DNA of 63,804 bases, the filler included, from Phoronis australis (Eukaryota > Animalia > Phoronida): assembly GCA_002633005.1 (NCBI GenBank). It is 4 parts of 4 records of this genome, joined end to end, with 100 filler letters (N's around TTAATTAATTAA, not from the genome) between each part and the next. Parts side by side here need not be neighbours in the genome. Positions count along the whole stretch, not along the records: positions 23,893 to 54,997 come from NMRA01001283.1; 3 more parts are not named here. The stretch is one strand, 5' to 3'. Shown piece after piece: positions 23,927 to 36,249 of the stretch; positions within the stretch are counted from its first letter, which is position 1; each line of letters starts with the position of its first letter. The notes beneath the pieces were generated by a model. It had not been told where the DNA came from, ran no database searches, and saw nothing but the letters and a program-made list of their open reading frames with translations. The position numbers and the translations under genes are program-made.

Positions 23927-26368
23927 CTATCGTGTGTTCATTTGGAGAAGAGATAGTTCAAACTTTCGTGTACCCCCAATCTGAAAATGACTGAAATTGT
24001 CGTCCAGAGTAAGTAACTCCAGTTTTACGATCATCGATTCTTTAAGATGAGACAAGTTTCCTTTCTTGGCCAAAATACCATACACCTCTTTTTGACGTTT
24101 ATCTGTAATTTCAGTCAGTAATTGGCATTCTTGGCATTTTTGTAAAAACTTCTCTTGGGTTGTTAATGGGATCATCTTATCAGTAAGGCAGCCATCTTCC
24201 GTCACAAACCCAGCGTTCTCCAATGCCCCTTGTTCTCTTGCCTTAAAAGTAATAGGACTGAAGTCGAATGAGAAAGTATTAGAACCTTCGTGTCCCGCGA
24301 CCGCATAACCTAGCACAAAAACCAGAGTTATATCATCAGCGAAATAACCTAAAAATTGTTCCTCTCCAAGATCTTTCAGGTTCCTTTGTCTGAACCATTC
24401 GCTCGTCGTTCTCGGAATGCTTGATGTTACCTGCTTAAAGAAAGCCTTGACATTGGTGTTTTTATTGTGCAGGTAATCTTGCCAAAGAAGATGCGCAGTG
24501 TCTAAGACTTGAGCACAGCTCATTCTGGCATCTTTGTTCAGCTGCTTTTTGGTATGGAAGAGATAAGTGGTCTTATTGTCTTCATCGTGATATAAAATAT
24601 CAAAAAGGTTGACGCCATTCACTGCACAACCAACAATAACATGACTTGTATTGCCAAAGAGATAGAGGTCGTTATATTCTCCTTCCTCGAGCAGCATAAC
24701 ACTTTTAAGGAAATTTGTGATCTGCCACTCCTTAATACCAGGGACCTTTTTAGTTATGTTCTTGAAGCGAGCCTTGGTGAGAACAGGATTTTCCACTGTA
24801 TACTCCTCATCTACTAGCGTGCAAATGTTCACCTCATCAGTTTGAACCTGTACTAATTCCTGTGGTGTTTCCTGGGGAAGCGCTTCATTAATTGTGAAAA
24901 GCAGCTCCATATTAGAACTCTTTGGAATCATACAGCTAGAATCGGTTAATTGATCAGCTTGAAGGTCAACTATAGGTTTAGTCAAGCACTTCAGTAGATG
25001 TTTGGCTTTATCCCGGCTTGAAATATTCAAATGCCTGTGTATTTCTTCGAGGGTGAACTTTGCTTCTCCTTCTTTCGGCAATTGTCTCCAAGGATACGCA
25101 AATACCCCCTTGCATAGCTCTTCCTTCTTTTTCTTGCTGAAGTTCTTTATCAAACGGTTAAAGTTTAGTTCAACGGTCTCAGAGAGAGACGTCGCAAAAG
25201 AGTACCATTTTTGAGATATCTTGTGATATTCATTTCCATCTTTCTGCACGCTGCCATGAATTAAACGAAGAATGCGAGAGTGCGTGGAAACCCCAGGCCT
25301 CCGAAAGTAAAGCCCAATTTCATTATTATTTAGCAAATCTTTTAGCCTAGTTTTGTCGGGGTAGTGTTGATGAATGACAGCGACTACTTGCCACAAGGAC
25401 GGCATGGAGTTCCATTCCTTCAAGATCTGAGTTATATCAGACTCATACAACTTAACTGACGTTGACAAAAGTAAAGTTTTGAAGCTGTCGCTACTCAAGT
25501 AATATTGATCAAGAGGTTTATTTTGTGAAAGCAGTTCAATAACTTCGTTATTCAATTTTTTATCTAATCCAGATATCATTTCGTCATAAACTGGCCGAAT
25601 GTTTGCAAGCACTACAGCGATTTTTGTATCAGGACTCGCAACCTGTTGTTTTGAAAACAAGTCAAAAATTTCTGCCCACGTTTTGTAACCTAAATGTTTA
25701 CAAATCTTGATGTGATAAACTTCGATATGTAATTTAATCTGACTTTTCTTTTTATTTTCCTTTTCACAAACTAATCTCCCTATTGCACTTTCTGATTCTA
25801 AAACACCACGCACCCTGCGAATGACCGATTGACAATATAAAAGTGAAGTAAAATCCACATGGTCACCTGGTTTAAATGTGCTTGAAGTACGCCACTGAGG
25901 ACCTGACACATTCTCTACGTCCAATAACGTAATGTTGTGATCTAGAAGGAAACGTTTTGCAAAGTCTGTGGCAAACGTTTTGTCAACTAAAGGACGAATT
26001 AGGGGATATGAGTATCCTTCGCACAAAAAGTAGGCGTCATTGTTTGTGTAGAACACAATGAAACGTCCTCTGAATCTGTTTTTTGTGTAAATTTCCTGCT
26101 TATGCGTTCTATCCTCAGTGTTTAAAGTTAATTCTGTAGCATCAGCATTAGGTGCTTTCCGCTCGATCGAGTGCCAAACACAAAACTTTCGATATGCTAG
26201 ACAATCTTCCTCAGGTCCCTGTTCCATCTTTACGTTTAGTTTCGAACGAGTCTGGAGTGCTTTCAAAATGTTTGAAGCGTCAAACGTTTCAGCGGCAAAT
26301 TGACGAAGGTCACATTTGGAAACAGATGCCTTTTTTGGCGAGCTATCTTTTATACCAGTTTCACGGTT
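23927..26368 (-). CDS. Large terminal coding exon, TIGR04141/DUF6119-like putative nuclease (copy A, ~813 aa)
   Basis: Uninterrupted 2.4-kb ORF, clearly paralogous to 43919-46432. Motifs YFLCEGYSYPLI...FATDFAKRFL, EEGEYN, NLFDIL, LFHTKK and CAQVLDTAHLL. Acceptor CTTCTTTTTCAG| lies in frame at 26368; an in-frame ATG at 26419 is an alternative start. The family call is from remembered motifs, not a search. Confidence 0.85.
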   Translation of the reverse strand, partial: NRETGIKDSSPKKASVSKCDLRQFAAETFDASNILKALQTRSKLNVKMEQGPEEDCLAYRKFCVWHSIERKAPNADATELTLNTEDRTHKQEIYTKNRFRGRFIVFYTNNDAYFLCEGYSYPLIRPLVDKTFATDFAKRFLLDHNITLLDVENVSGPQWRTSSTFKPGDHVDFTSLLYCQSVIRRVRGVLESESAIGRLVCEKENKKKSQIKLHIEVYHIKICKHLGYKTWAEIFDLFSKQQVASPDTKIAVVLANIRPVYDEMISGLDKKLNNEVIELLSQNKPLDQYYLSSDSFKTLLLSTSVKLYESDITQILKEWNSMPSLWQVVAVIHQHYPDKTRLKDLLNNNEIGLYFRRPGVSTHSRILRLIHGSVQKDGNEYHKISQKWYSFATSLSETVELNFNRLIKNFSKKKKEELCKGVFAYPWRQLPKEGEAKFTLEEIHRHLNISSRDKAKHLLKCLTKPIVDLQADQLTDSSCMIPKSSNMELLFTINEALPQETPQELVQVQTDEVNICTLVDEEYTVENPVLTKARFKNITKKVPGIKEWQITNFLKSVMLLEEGEYNDLYLFGNTSHVIVGCAVNGVNLFDILYHDEDNKTTYLFHTKKQLNKDARMSCAQVLDTAHLLWQDYLHNKNTNVKAFFKQVTSSIPRTTSEWFRQRNLKDLGEEQFLGYFADDITLVFVLGYAVAGHEGSNTFSFDFSPITFKAREQGALENAGFVTEDGCLTDKMIPLTTQEKFLQKCQECQLLTEITDKRQKEVYGILAKKGNLSHLKESMIVKLELLTLDDNFSHFQIGGTRKFELSLLQMNTR

Positions 26369-26763
26369 CTGAAAAAGAAGTGACGACGTTTTGAGGACGA
26401 TGCTTTCAGTGGTCCACATGCCAGCTACTATCACTGTATAAAGACACAGAAGTTGAACAATCACATCATGTAAAATTTCGAAGCTGTAAAATTCACAGTG
26501 TGTAATGTGATTGGTCAAAAACACAAATTTACATTGAAGGATGTAAAACAGACGAAATGGAAGTAGCAACTATTGGTGCCATCACTGTGGGTCCCTGTGA
26601 AAAGGAAGATGGGTAACAATTTTAGAACTAGAATGGTGTTGTTAGTATTAACTACACTCATTTCGGCTTCCAGTGCGCAGATGGCTTCGAGGAATCCAAA
26701 ATACAGCCAAGCTCCTGGCCGTATCAACTTCATTATTAGGAGGAAAGTCACGTGATCTGAATT

Positions 26764-26808
26764 CCTTTGACATTAGATTAGTAGGTCCTACTAATCTAAT
26801 GTCAAAGG
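26764..26808. repeat. Perfect 22-bp-arm palindrome with a 1-nt loop
   Basis: CCTTTGACATTAGATTAGTAGG-T-CCTACTAATCTAATGTCAAAGG. Confidence 0.95.
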
Positions 26809-27009
26809 GTTAATCTAATTCAAAGTTATGAAAATATAAACCTAAAAATCGTATCAACTTTTCCTCTATTTCGTTATCCAACTTACAAGCCCTTTTGAGC
26901 ACAATTTTGTACCTCTGTTTCCTATATATATATATGCACCTGACTGAATGAATGTTCTTCCTGGTACTTTATACTCATTATACTATTTGCCAACATATTG
27001 ATTTTCATT

Positions 27010-27355
27010 TTGAAGTTAATTACTAGAAGTGAGAGAATAGGCGGCATGTGCTGTCTGGGTGATATTGAAAATGAGCCTCATTTCATGTGTCGATGCCCCG
27101 TTCTTGGAGACCTTAGAAGAAATCTTCTACCAGAGCTTGTGAATTTTAACTATAATCTCTTGTTAGGATATGCCAACAGATAAACCATGACAGTATTCAG
27201 CGCCTTGCATTGTACATGTATATTCAGAAGGCTATGGCTTTAAGAGGAGCACTGCTCTCCGTTTAAATACTCTAAATATACATTTGAATTTTGTACTTAC
27301 TGTAGGTATGAGTAGGCAAAGCCTACGATGTACAATAAATGATATCGTTATCGTT
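27010..27355 (+). mobile_element. Short LINE 3' end (C-terminal CCHC, AATAAA, short-repeat tail)
   Basis: CCLGDIENEPHFMCRCPVLGDLRR; AATAAATGATATCGTTATCGTTA. Confidence 0.65.
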
Positions 27356-28042
27356 ACGTAGCGAGCATGGAGGTGATCAACCGCCGTTCACATTGACGGC
27401 CTACAATTTAGTTGTTGTCGAATTGGTTCGGGCGTTTGCACCACGGAAACAACCATTGGAATCCAGAACGGCGTGATGCCATTTCTCTCTTTAGCCTAAT
27501 TATGTGAATTTCGCAGCACATTGTAGGTGTTTGTCAAGTTACTGTTATACGGCCCTAGAGTGGTTTGGGCCGTAAAATTACGTTTTAAGCATATGGACCG
27601 TGACCACTCAGGCATGCTTGAAGCCCGATTTTGAATGCGCTGGAAACCAAAACTGTGTATATGGCTAGTGCTTGTTTTCGGTAGGTAGGTTTTCACCACT
27701 GCGTCTAAAACTGTTTTTTGTAATATTGCAAGTTGACAAAATAGGACAGATACATCAGAGTTCGAAACCTTATATAGTCAGGACGCGTGGAACTTCGGAC
27801 TGCTGCCATGTAACCAAAAAAAAAAAAACTTCATTAAGGTTGAGCCGAGGCTAAAATTGCTAATTCGAAAACGCTTGTGATATTCTGAGTTGGGGAGGAG
27901 TGTTCAAGGATCGATTTTATGGCAGTTAAGGTCAGTAATTTGGTTTTCGTTTTAGCTAAACATGACAATGTAGCTCTAACACGAAAATAAACTGGACTAC
28001 CTACACGATAAATTCATGAGCGAACGTCGCATGCTCCATGAA

Positions 28043-29410
28043 TAAAAAAATGGTGCACGTGGCCTGATGCCTTTTGCGGTATCAGGCGTGTTTAGGCCAC
28101 AAGGCTGGGCCCAGTACACTAATCACCTGATTATGACTCATGGGGACACGACATCAAAGGGTTCCTCATTGGTAAAATCTTCCAATCTCCCTGTTTGTTT
28201 CAGAAAGACTATTAAACTTGTATAAACTAACAATGTTAACCAGGCAGGTTATGTGTCTGTCAGAATATAGTCTGACAGTATTTTTAGTTGTATTGTTTTC
28301 TTTTGTTATTCTGTTTGATTGAAATGACCCCTGAGTTAGGTACAATGATGATGTAATTTGTTTACTACAGTATAGTGTGGAACTTTCTAGAAGACTCTAG
28401 CATGACAGTGATTAATGCAGTCTGGAATATTCTAGAGATTAGTACATGTTTGTAGAATGATTGGGTAGGTTCCAGAAAGTTCTGGTATGTGCTTGAATGG
28501 ATGAAAAGTTCCAGAACAATGCATTAGGCTATAAATACACAAACACGGGTTTGTGTTAGTAAGATCAAGTCAGCAGTTCCTCAGGAGATCAAGTCAGTTC
28601 AAAAGAAGATCAAGTCAGTTTAAGAGAAGATCAGGTCAGTTTAAGAGAAGATCAAGTAAGTTCAAGAAACTTAATCAGGAGAACTACAGTTGAGTTGCAG
28701 TGAAGAGAATCAGCAGTTACAGCGATAGTCAATAGAGAGCCAGCTATAGAGACAGCAGGTTATTGAATAGACGGGTGCAACAGTTGCTGAACGTGTCTCA
28801 GAAGATCATCACAAGTCAAGGCTTCACAGCACTGGCTGGGGCATAGAACAGACATTACGTCGGACGTTTTGTTTGAGTAGGCTTGTGAACGTGCGGTCGG
28901 GATTAATAAAGGATTAACTCGAACCAGTCTTCAGTCAATCGTCGCACCGAAAGCTATTAGCACCGGTCTGTAACAACCTGCGCCCACTCACACACGGGGA
29001 AAAACGTGACAGTGTCCATCAATTAGTAGTTTACGGTGTCTATTGCAGGCAGGGCAAATCTCCACCAGGTGTTGAGAAGTCTCTTCCTCCAAGCCAGTTG
29101 GGACACAAGGAACATGTCATGTGGCCTGTGATGTTACGGAGCCGAGCTAAATATAACAGTTACTTTGAACCTTTTGGTTCAATAGAACTTGGAAAAAGTT
29201 GTTTGGTTTGTCTGCAGGCCGAGAGCTTTCTCCATGCATCCACGGATAGTTTACACACCCAGTGTCTTACCTTTGCTCTTCAGCACCTATAGGCAACTGG
29301 TATGTAAGGTTCTGGTACAAAACAGGGTGCACTTGTTCCTTCTTTTGCAAGTTTGTCAGCAGTTTCGTTACCATCAATGCCAACATGGGCTTTAACCCAG
29401 TACACATGAA
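28043..29410 (-). mobile_element. Second copy (3' portion) of the LOA/R1-group LINE, interrupted by a solo LTR
   Basis: Reverse-complement similarity to ~18610-19265 (RNase H end, CCHC, 3' UTR hairpin). Confidence 0.85.
28258..29011 (+). mobile_element. Solo LTR (754 bp) of an LTR retrotransposon
   Basis: TGTCA...TGACA termini and a 5-bp TSD GTGTC (28253-28257, 29012-29016). TATAAA at ~28530, AATAAA at ~28905, internal AAGATCAAGTCAG repeats. It splits otherwise contiguous LINE sequence. Confidence 0.85.
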
Positions 29411-29534
29411 CGAGAAATTAATCAAATTACGAAAAGCTGAAATTAAGTGAAAAACGTGTCTGGGATAATCAACGAACCTTGCTTTTGCTAAAAGTGACAG
29501 TGGTCCAACTGGAGTTTTCCGACTGTTCATCTCT

Positions 29535-29990
29535 CTTAACCCGACCAGGACAGCTTCGTGCAAAGTGACCCTCTTGCTGGCACCTTTAACATTTCTTAGG
29601 TTCTCTCAAAGTACATCCCTTCCGCTCGACTTCATTTGTTTTAGGCTTATCGCCAGCTGGAAACGAACCAGCTTTGGATTTCATGGAATCTCATCTATTT
29701 TGGTCATGACATATCTCTTCTCAAAGACCCAGTTTCTGAATTGCCCGGGTTTGTTCACTAACCGCCTTTAACATCTGTACAACATTCCGTCAGTCTCTTT
29801 CTATTTGGCCTCCATCTGAGCAATTACTGAAGCCTCACGAAATCAATCATCCTCGACATCCCCGTTTTAATGTGAGTTATCTTTCATTACATACACCGAG
29901 TGTACATAAGCTCCTTGACCAGACCCCTGTTTCTCCTGATCCCGAGTTCGATGCTTCTCTTCCATCATTGATTTCGTGTCTTCCAGTAGA
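29535..29990 (-). mobile_element. Gag-like remnant with CCHC zinc knuckle
   Basis: The minus strand reads PKKC*RCQQEGHFARSCPG (CX2CX4HX4C) at ~29535-29600. Confidence 0.55.
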
Positions 29991-32055
29991 CGCAGTTTCT
30001 TTAGCAGAACAAATTCCTATGCCTCAGCGTCTAATGCCCCTGCACAAAACTATCTGATAGGTGTGATAATTACCTGCAGGACCACTGCAGGGCTACAGCT
30101 TAAAAGCAGGGAGTTGGGCCATTCAATCTTCTTCGTTAAGTACAGACATCAGGTTCAAACCCTGACGAAATTTAATAAAAGTTTAGTAAGGGAAGATTTG
30201 GAAATAAGCAAAGGGTAGCATGGTTTGAGGAAAAATTTGAAAATTAGTCGAAAACCTCTGATTTGGAAAAACGCAGAGTAGGGCGGCCATTTTAATTGGA
30301 TAATCAAAGGTTTTGGAAAGTCGTGGAAAATTTAACGGGATTGTTAATATTTCCAGATAAGTTTCAGAGTACCTATTGTCTTGTAAGTTGGAGATTCTTG
30401 AGTTTCTTTCGAATTTGCTGAAACTTGTGAGGGTTTTCAGTCAGTAGGCAACACGTATCCCCTCGGATGGCCATCATTCATGACTTCAGGGCTATCTAAT
30501 TTCCTAATCAGTCAGTTAATCTGTGTTCAGGAGTGTAAGTTGACAAACGTGTTTGAATAGTGAATCAGATATATCGTCAACATTGACAATTAGGCCTACT
30601 TGATGTGGATTGCGACGGTACATGCCACGTCAGCTTTTATCGATTCCAACTTCTTCAAGTCTTCTCATAATTTCGAAGACAGGGTGTTGTGTTGGCAAAC
30701 AGTGTAATGAGTGCTCAGTTATTTTCGCCACCACAGGTACGTGAACCGGTAAAAGAAACACACTCTCTTTAGCTGGTAATCCCATCAAAAACTCTAATTA
30801 TGAGATACACGAAATCAGGGTACTTTAGAGAATTGCTAACCCGTCAAGTGCCCGGTTTTCTAGCGAACATGGAGGTGATCAACCGTAATTCTGAGCAGTG
30901 TGTCCGATATACACTCGTACACCACTGAATCTATTTTTAAAGCATCCACTGATCATACAAATCTTGCGGTTTGTAAACATGAAAAAGTTCGTGCATTTCT
31001 AGTATTCTGCTCATGTGAATCCCAGTAAAGTTTGCATATTGATTTGCAATGACAAGGCAGACACAGCTGCTAAACCATTCCGTGCCAATTAAAAGGAAGA
31101 AAAACCTTGTACGTCGGAAGCACTGACAACATTTAACTGACGCTGTGCCTCTACAGAGCATTCACTATTATGATGTTTTAAAAAAAATACGATCAGATCT
31201 CGTTGCTATACAATAAAGTCTCAATTATGGACCCATTTTAAAATGCAATTCTGTGTCTTATTTTGCAGTCAACGGAAGCGAATCACTACGTGTCAGCTGT
31301 ATTGTGTTGATTAGAATACGTGTAACAACGTTAAAAAGTCTCAATTAATTAAACAATCATTACTAAAACAGACTCCAAACACCGATATGAGGGCACAGCG
31401 CAAAAGGAAATTAAATGTTCTACAGGAAACAGTCAATATCGAAAATGTATCTTCCCACATAAAAATAAAACTCACAAACCAGTATTCTGCACATAGCTTT
31501 CCTGGAACAGGCTTTCCTTTGTCAGTGCTTGCGAGTTCAGATTTTACTTTCGGTTTGGTCTCATTCGCTAATGATTGAGATGGACTTGCTAAAGCAATGC
31601 TTTTTTCCCACGGCGGGCAGGAACTGTCGCCACTTCTTCTTTCTTACGACTTATGAGAGACTGTAAGTTATTGATAAACATTACATAGTTTTAGGTATAT
31701 GTTCACTAGCATGTAGGGTTACATTTTTTACTGTATTCGTCATAATTTTTACCTACAATTTAGTCTTGGACTTTTCTATTTCACATTGCTACGAAACCTA
31801 GCACTGTCGAATGTTGTTCAACATGGCTGCCCATTGGTTAAAGTAATGGAACCGACGTCATAACATCTAATCATTCCCCCCGGCATTGGTTGAAATCTGG
31901 GAAACCCCTACCAGTTTACTGTTAGTTTGTACAGCGACTACCTTTGACTTGAATAGTTGCAATTTATTAAAACGGGTAGACATCGAAGTAAACAAAATGA
32001 AGGGAAAACCGATCCCGTGGCTTAAGTTCAAACAAGTACAGTGCATAAAGGCGTG

Positions 32056-32663
32056 TGCAAGCGGCAGCGATGTGATCGGTTTACGTTCGACCAAGGCATC
32101 TGCATTGATGCCCACACACAGAATTAAGTGTGTTCGTCGTCGATCATATTAATACAGGGTCACTTTTCAGTACAGCTAGGTGGCGCTGTGTCAAAGGACA
32201 GTTGTGGAATTGGCTCGAGTGTACAGGTATGCCTCACGGAAACTATCCTTCGCAACTGAAACAAAGTGCTGTCTACTCATGCACTATGTGATGCTATTTC
32301 CCGTTTAATTAGACTAATTATATGGACGATTTCACAGCACATGGCAGGTGTTTCGCAAGTACATTGCAAGCGGTAGCGATGTGATTGGTTTACGTTCGAC
32401 CAAGGCATCCGCATTGAAGCCCACACACAGTATTAAGTGTGTCCGTCGTCGATCATGTTAATACAGGGTCATTTTTCAGTACAGCTAGGTGGCGCTGTGT
32501 CAAAGGACAGTTGTGGAATTGGCTCGAGTGTACTGTACAGGTATGCCTCACGGAAACTATCCTTCGCAACTGAAAGAAGTGCTGTCTACTCGTGTACTAT
32601 GTGATGCTATTTCCCGTTTAATTAGACTAATTATATGGATTTCGCAGCACATGGCAGGTGTTT
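32056..32663. repeat. Tandem duplication, ~309-bp unit, two copies
   Basis: TGCAAGCGG(C/T)AGCGATGTGAT...CACATGGCAGGTGTTTC at ~32056 and ~32365, with scattered differences. Confidence 0.9.
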
Positions 32664-33337
32664 CTCACGTTACTGTTTCAAGTGGTACAATAGTCTGCCC
32701 TTTTCCGCATAAGATTGAATGACCCAACTCCCTGCTTTTTTAAATGCAGGCCTACAGCTCTTAAAAAAGTTGTAGGTCTGCAGCGGTCCTGCACGTAATT
32801 ATCATAACTATCAGATATATCGTCAACATCGACAGCTAGGCCTACTTGATGTGGTGTATGTGATCGTGGTGTGGCACAAACACAAAAATCACCAATTTTG
32901 CACTTAGTGACCTATTAGGTTTTTACCTACAGCCCTTTGAATGGTTTACGAAGAATATAACACGTTTTTGCATACTGACAACAGCAATTTTCCAATATAA
33001 AAACATACAGATTACGTGCAATGAGAAAAAACATAATGTACGTGATATTTAGGAAGTGGGAAACCAGGACTATCGAATAAAATTAACACTTAGTCTAATA
33101 ATTTCGCAGTATTCATCACATGATAAAGACAGAAGTACTTTTTTGTAGTGTTGAAAGTGGGTGAAACTAGTGTGCTTCTATAAGCCAGTTTGCAGGGCTG
33201 AATTAGGAAGTCTTTGACCGCAATGGACATGCATAGCCGAAGGCAAAGATCCTTATCTAGATATCATATGTGCAGTCAAGTGGCGTTCTTCATATTTTCA
33301 GAATAAGAAAGTTTAATGTGAAATATCGGGTCACACA

Positions 33338-33436
33338 ACAGGGTGCACTTGCTCCTTCTTTTGCAAGTTTGTCAGCAGTTTCGTTACCATGAATGCCAAC
33401 ATGGGCTTTAACCCAGTTCTCATGAACAGTTCTACA
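33338..33436 (-). mobile_element. Small RNase H fragment of the LOA/R1-group LINE
   Basis: Near-identical to 29322-29410 (WVKAHVGI.GNETADKLAK). Confidence 0.8.
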
Positions 33437-36249
33437 ATGTGCTCCATAAATAGAAAGGATATCTGTTACACAGAAACACAGTGAAATGACGAGATTCTAC
33501 TATCATCAAACAACAGAGTCAACTTGAAGCCCGCCTACCGAGTTATACCACGCCACCACGTGACAATTTCTTCAAAAACAGCCAAGTACATTTATCTAGT
33601 GTTGGCGTCATCCATTGCTTTGTTCGAAAAAGTGAAAATAATTAAGTCACGCGATTCGTCAATTTTCGATTGGAATCTCGAGTAAAATTTGGAAGTGAGC
33701 GGGATGGGAGCTTAGCGGTAGTTAGACTCTATTAGAATTTGCCTCTAGTATACATCATGGTGTATTTAGCATTTTGCTCGTTAAAAAATATAATAAACCA
33801 AATGAACCCATCTTTTTACATCCATTTTTTCTCAATTCAGACGGGTCCACTAAGTCCTTTGTACCAATGAGCTAAATATAGGCGTGACGTCAGCAAGTCT
33901 GTATCATTCATGGGCAAGAATGTTAAATGCATTGCCCGAACCTAATAGCAGTAGATATTTTTTTAGTTGTTGGGCTGCACTAGAGCATCAATTTGAAACA
34001 TTGTTTTATTCATTTGGTTGGCGTATAGCAGCTATAGTTTCGAAATGACGTATCTTCAAATGTATTGGCATGGGCGCAGATACGGTCATATACCGTAAAA
34101 ATAAAACGTTGTACATGTACTTATCAGTGATGGAATGTTGTTACGGATGATTTGCAGGTTAATTGTGTTCATTATGTATTTCTAAATGTGAGGTCTTTTG
34201 TTTTGCTTGCGTTAGTTTTCTGCCTCGCCGCTAGGCACTTTCTAGGCTATTGTTTCACTGGATTGCCATTTCACTCTGCCCGCATCATTTGAAGCGTCAA
34301 GTCGCTTACTGTTGTCGTGTACTAGTGAGTATTTTCTTTCGTTATCTGTATCATTTGCTTTGTTTTGGACGCAGTTAGTACATTTTCATTTCCCTTAGTT
34401 TGTATATTTGTGTAGATAGTACTGTATTTAATTTGCTGTAATTTTGTGTATAATATGTTTCCATGGTCTGCTTTTTCTGTGTGTCTTGTGTTGACCACGC
34501 CCCGTGTCAGCCATTTTGTTAATTTAGTGTTTCTTGTTCTTTGCAGACAAGATTCGTACAAGTTTTGTATGGTATTCAGTGTATGCAGACTTTATATTCG
34601 CTGTGTTCATGGGCCACATTTGGGCCACGGAACAAAGAATAAAGTTTACCATACCATTACAATCTTTCGTATATTATCACACGGCAACAAATGTCGTAAA
34701 AAATTTTGGCATTTGTTAATGCTTAGAATTCTTTCTTTGGCAGAAACTGTCTTTCCGAAATTAGCCCGTGGTTTCTATTTTGGTGAGGTACTCAGTCAGT
34801 GACTCCCGCCTTCGGTAAGATTAGGTAATTATGTTTCCACTTGATGTTAGACATATACCAAACTTCAAGCATCTTTAGATTTGCGAACGTTTAAAAACTG
34901 TAATTTATATGCGAGTCGAAGTGTCGTCTTTTCAAAATATCGGCCGGCATTGGACTCTTGCTCGCTGTCGGCCGGGGAAATTTCGTTTCGGATTGTCGGC
35001 CCTTCCTACTATCGAACCAACCTTCAACAAATTTTTGATTTTTGGGTCTGCTAAATGGCGCGCTTTGATCTTGAAAGAACGTTTTAAGCCAGAGAAAATC
35101 CATTAAATTTAGCCCATTCAATGTCGCGTCGTATCCCGTATACGCTATTCCCACAGCGAACTCGAAAGTGTTACCCATACTGTTTGCTTGGACGTTTTCG
35201 CCCTCTTAGGGAATGATTTGCGATCTGTTGTCAGCAATAAGGTGTGTGGGTCGAATTTAATTTACCTGCAAGAGTAAAGGATCAAGGAATGTGAAAAATT
35301 ACGAAACGTGTTGACAGGTAAGCTTGCACTTGTTGGCCTTTCTGGTTATTAATAATTTTTCACTCAAAAGTTGTCTCCAGCTCTCAGCGATAACTTTCGG
35401 TTAGCAAATTACGAATAGGGGTCGCCAATACTGCTAGGACAGTTGGCTGGATTAACCATATAAAGTGCTAGGTGAACTAAGTGCTTAAACAATTACCCAA
35501 AGTATCCCGTTAACACTGATTATAGCATCCCCTGACAACAAAGCGCCTCTCATTACCATTACTTTAAACCGTGCAAGTTTCAGTGTGCAATGCAGGAGTG
35601 CCGATCTCTTCCTGTGTATAATATTGTATTGTATTTGTTCATTATTTCAACTAATCATGGCATGTCTTTCTGTTTTTCATCTTGGTGACAATTTAGGTGT
35701 AAAGCAAGATATTGATCATGAGCTTGTTTGCATCTGTACTGACAAATTACCACCTTAACTTGAGGAAGTTAGCTGAGCTCGTAACTCCGTCTGCGCCGGG
35801 CTTTAGATGTACCTGAAGTTAGTAGACACAGAAGGGTGCGCTTTAAAGTCACTCCAAGGGTTTTGACGGATCGTTTAATCTGGCGAAGGGGTACTTCCCA
35901 ACACACACTCATGCAATGCCGGATTAACGTTTACATAGGCGGAACTCAGGACCTGTTACAAGTACAAGTTCCACTGCACAGCCAGCCATTATATGTGTCA
36001 CGTGATACCACACTTTACTTCCTGATAGTGAGGAAGTCCTCAACTCCAATAACCAATATATGTTGTACGATAAAAACCCTGTCCCCTGTTCATGCAGTGC
36101 CTCCAGGTTGCCTCTCATCACAATCACAGTCATTGGTGGCCAACAATTTCTATTGAATAATTCTGACTACACAAATGGTGCTGGGGAAATAGGTTATTAC
36201 AGACCCAACTACCATTCAAGTTGCACATTCACTGCCTTGTGAAAGCATA

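Noticed and set aside
26369-26569. N-terminal extension of the 880-aa ORF from a TTG start
   Set aside because: Non-ATG start in a eukaryote; the homologous region in copy B has an in-frame stop and looks intronic.
28560-28650. CRISPR-like short repeats
   Set aside because: Directly abutting tandem units inside a solo LTR, with no spacers.
35620-35880. Possible L2 RT remnant on the minus strand (SVKTLGVTL)
   Set aside because: Too short and degenerate to support as a feature.
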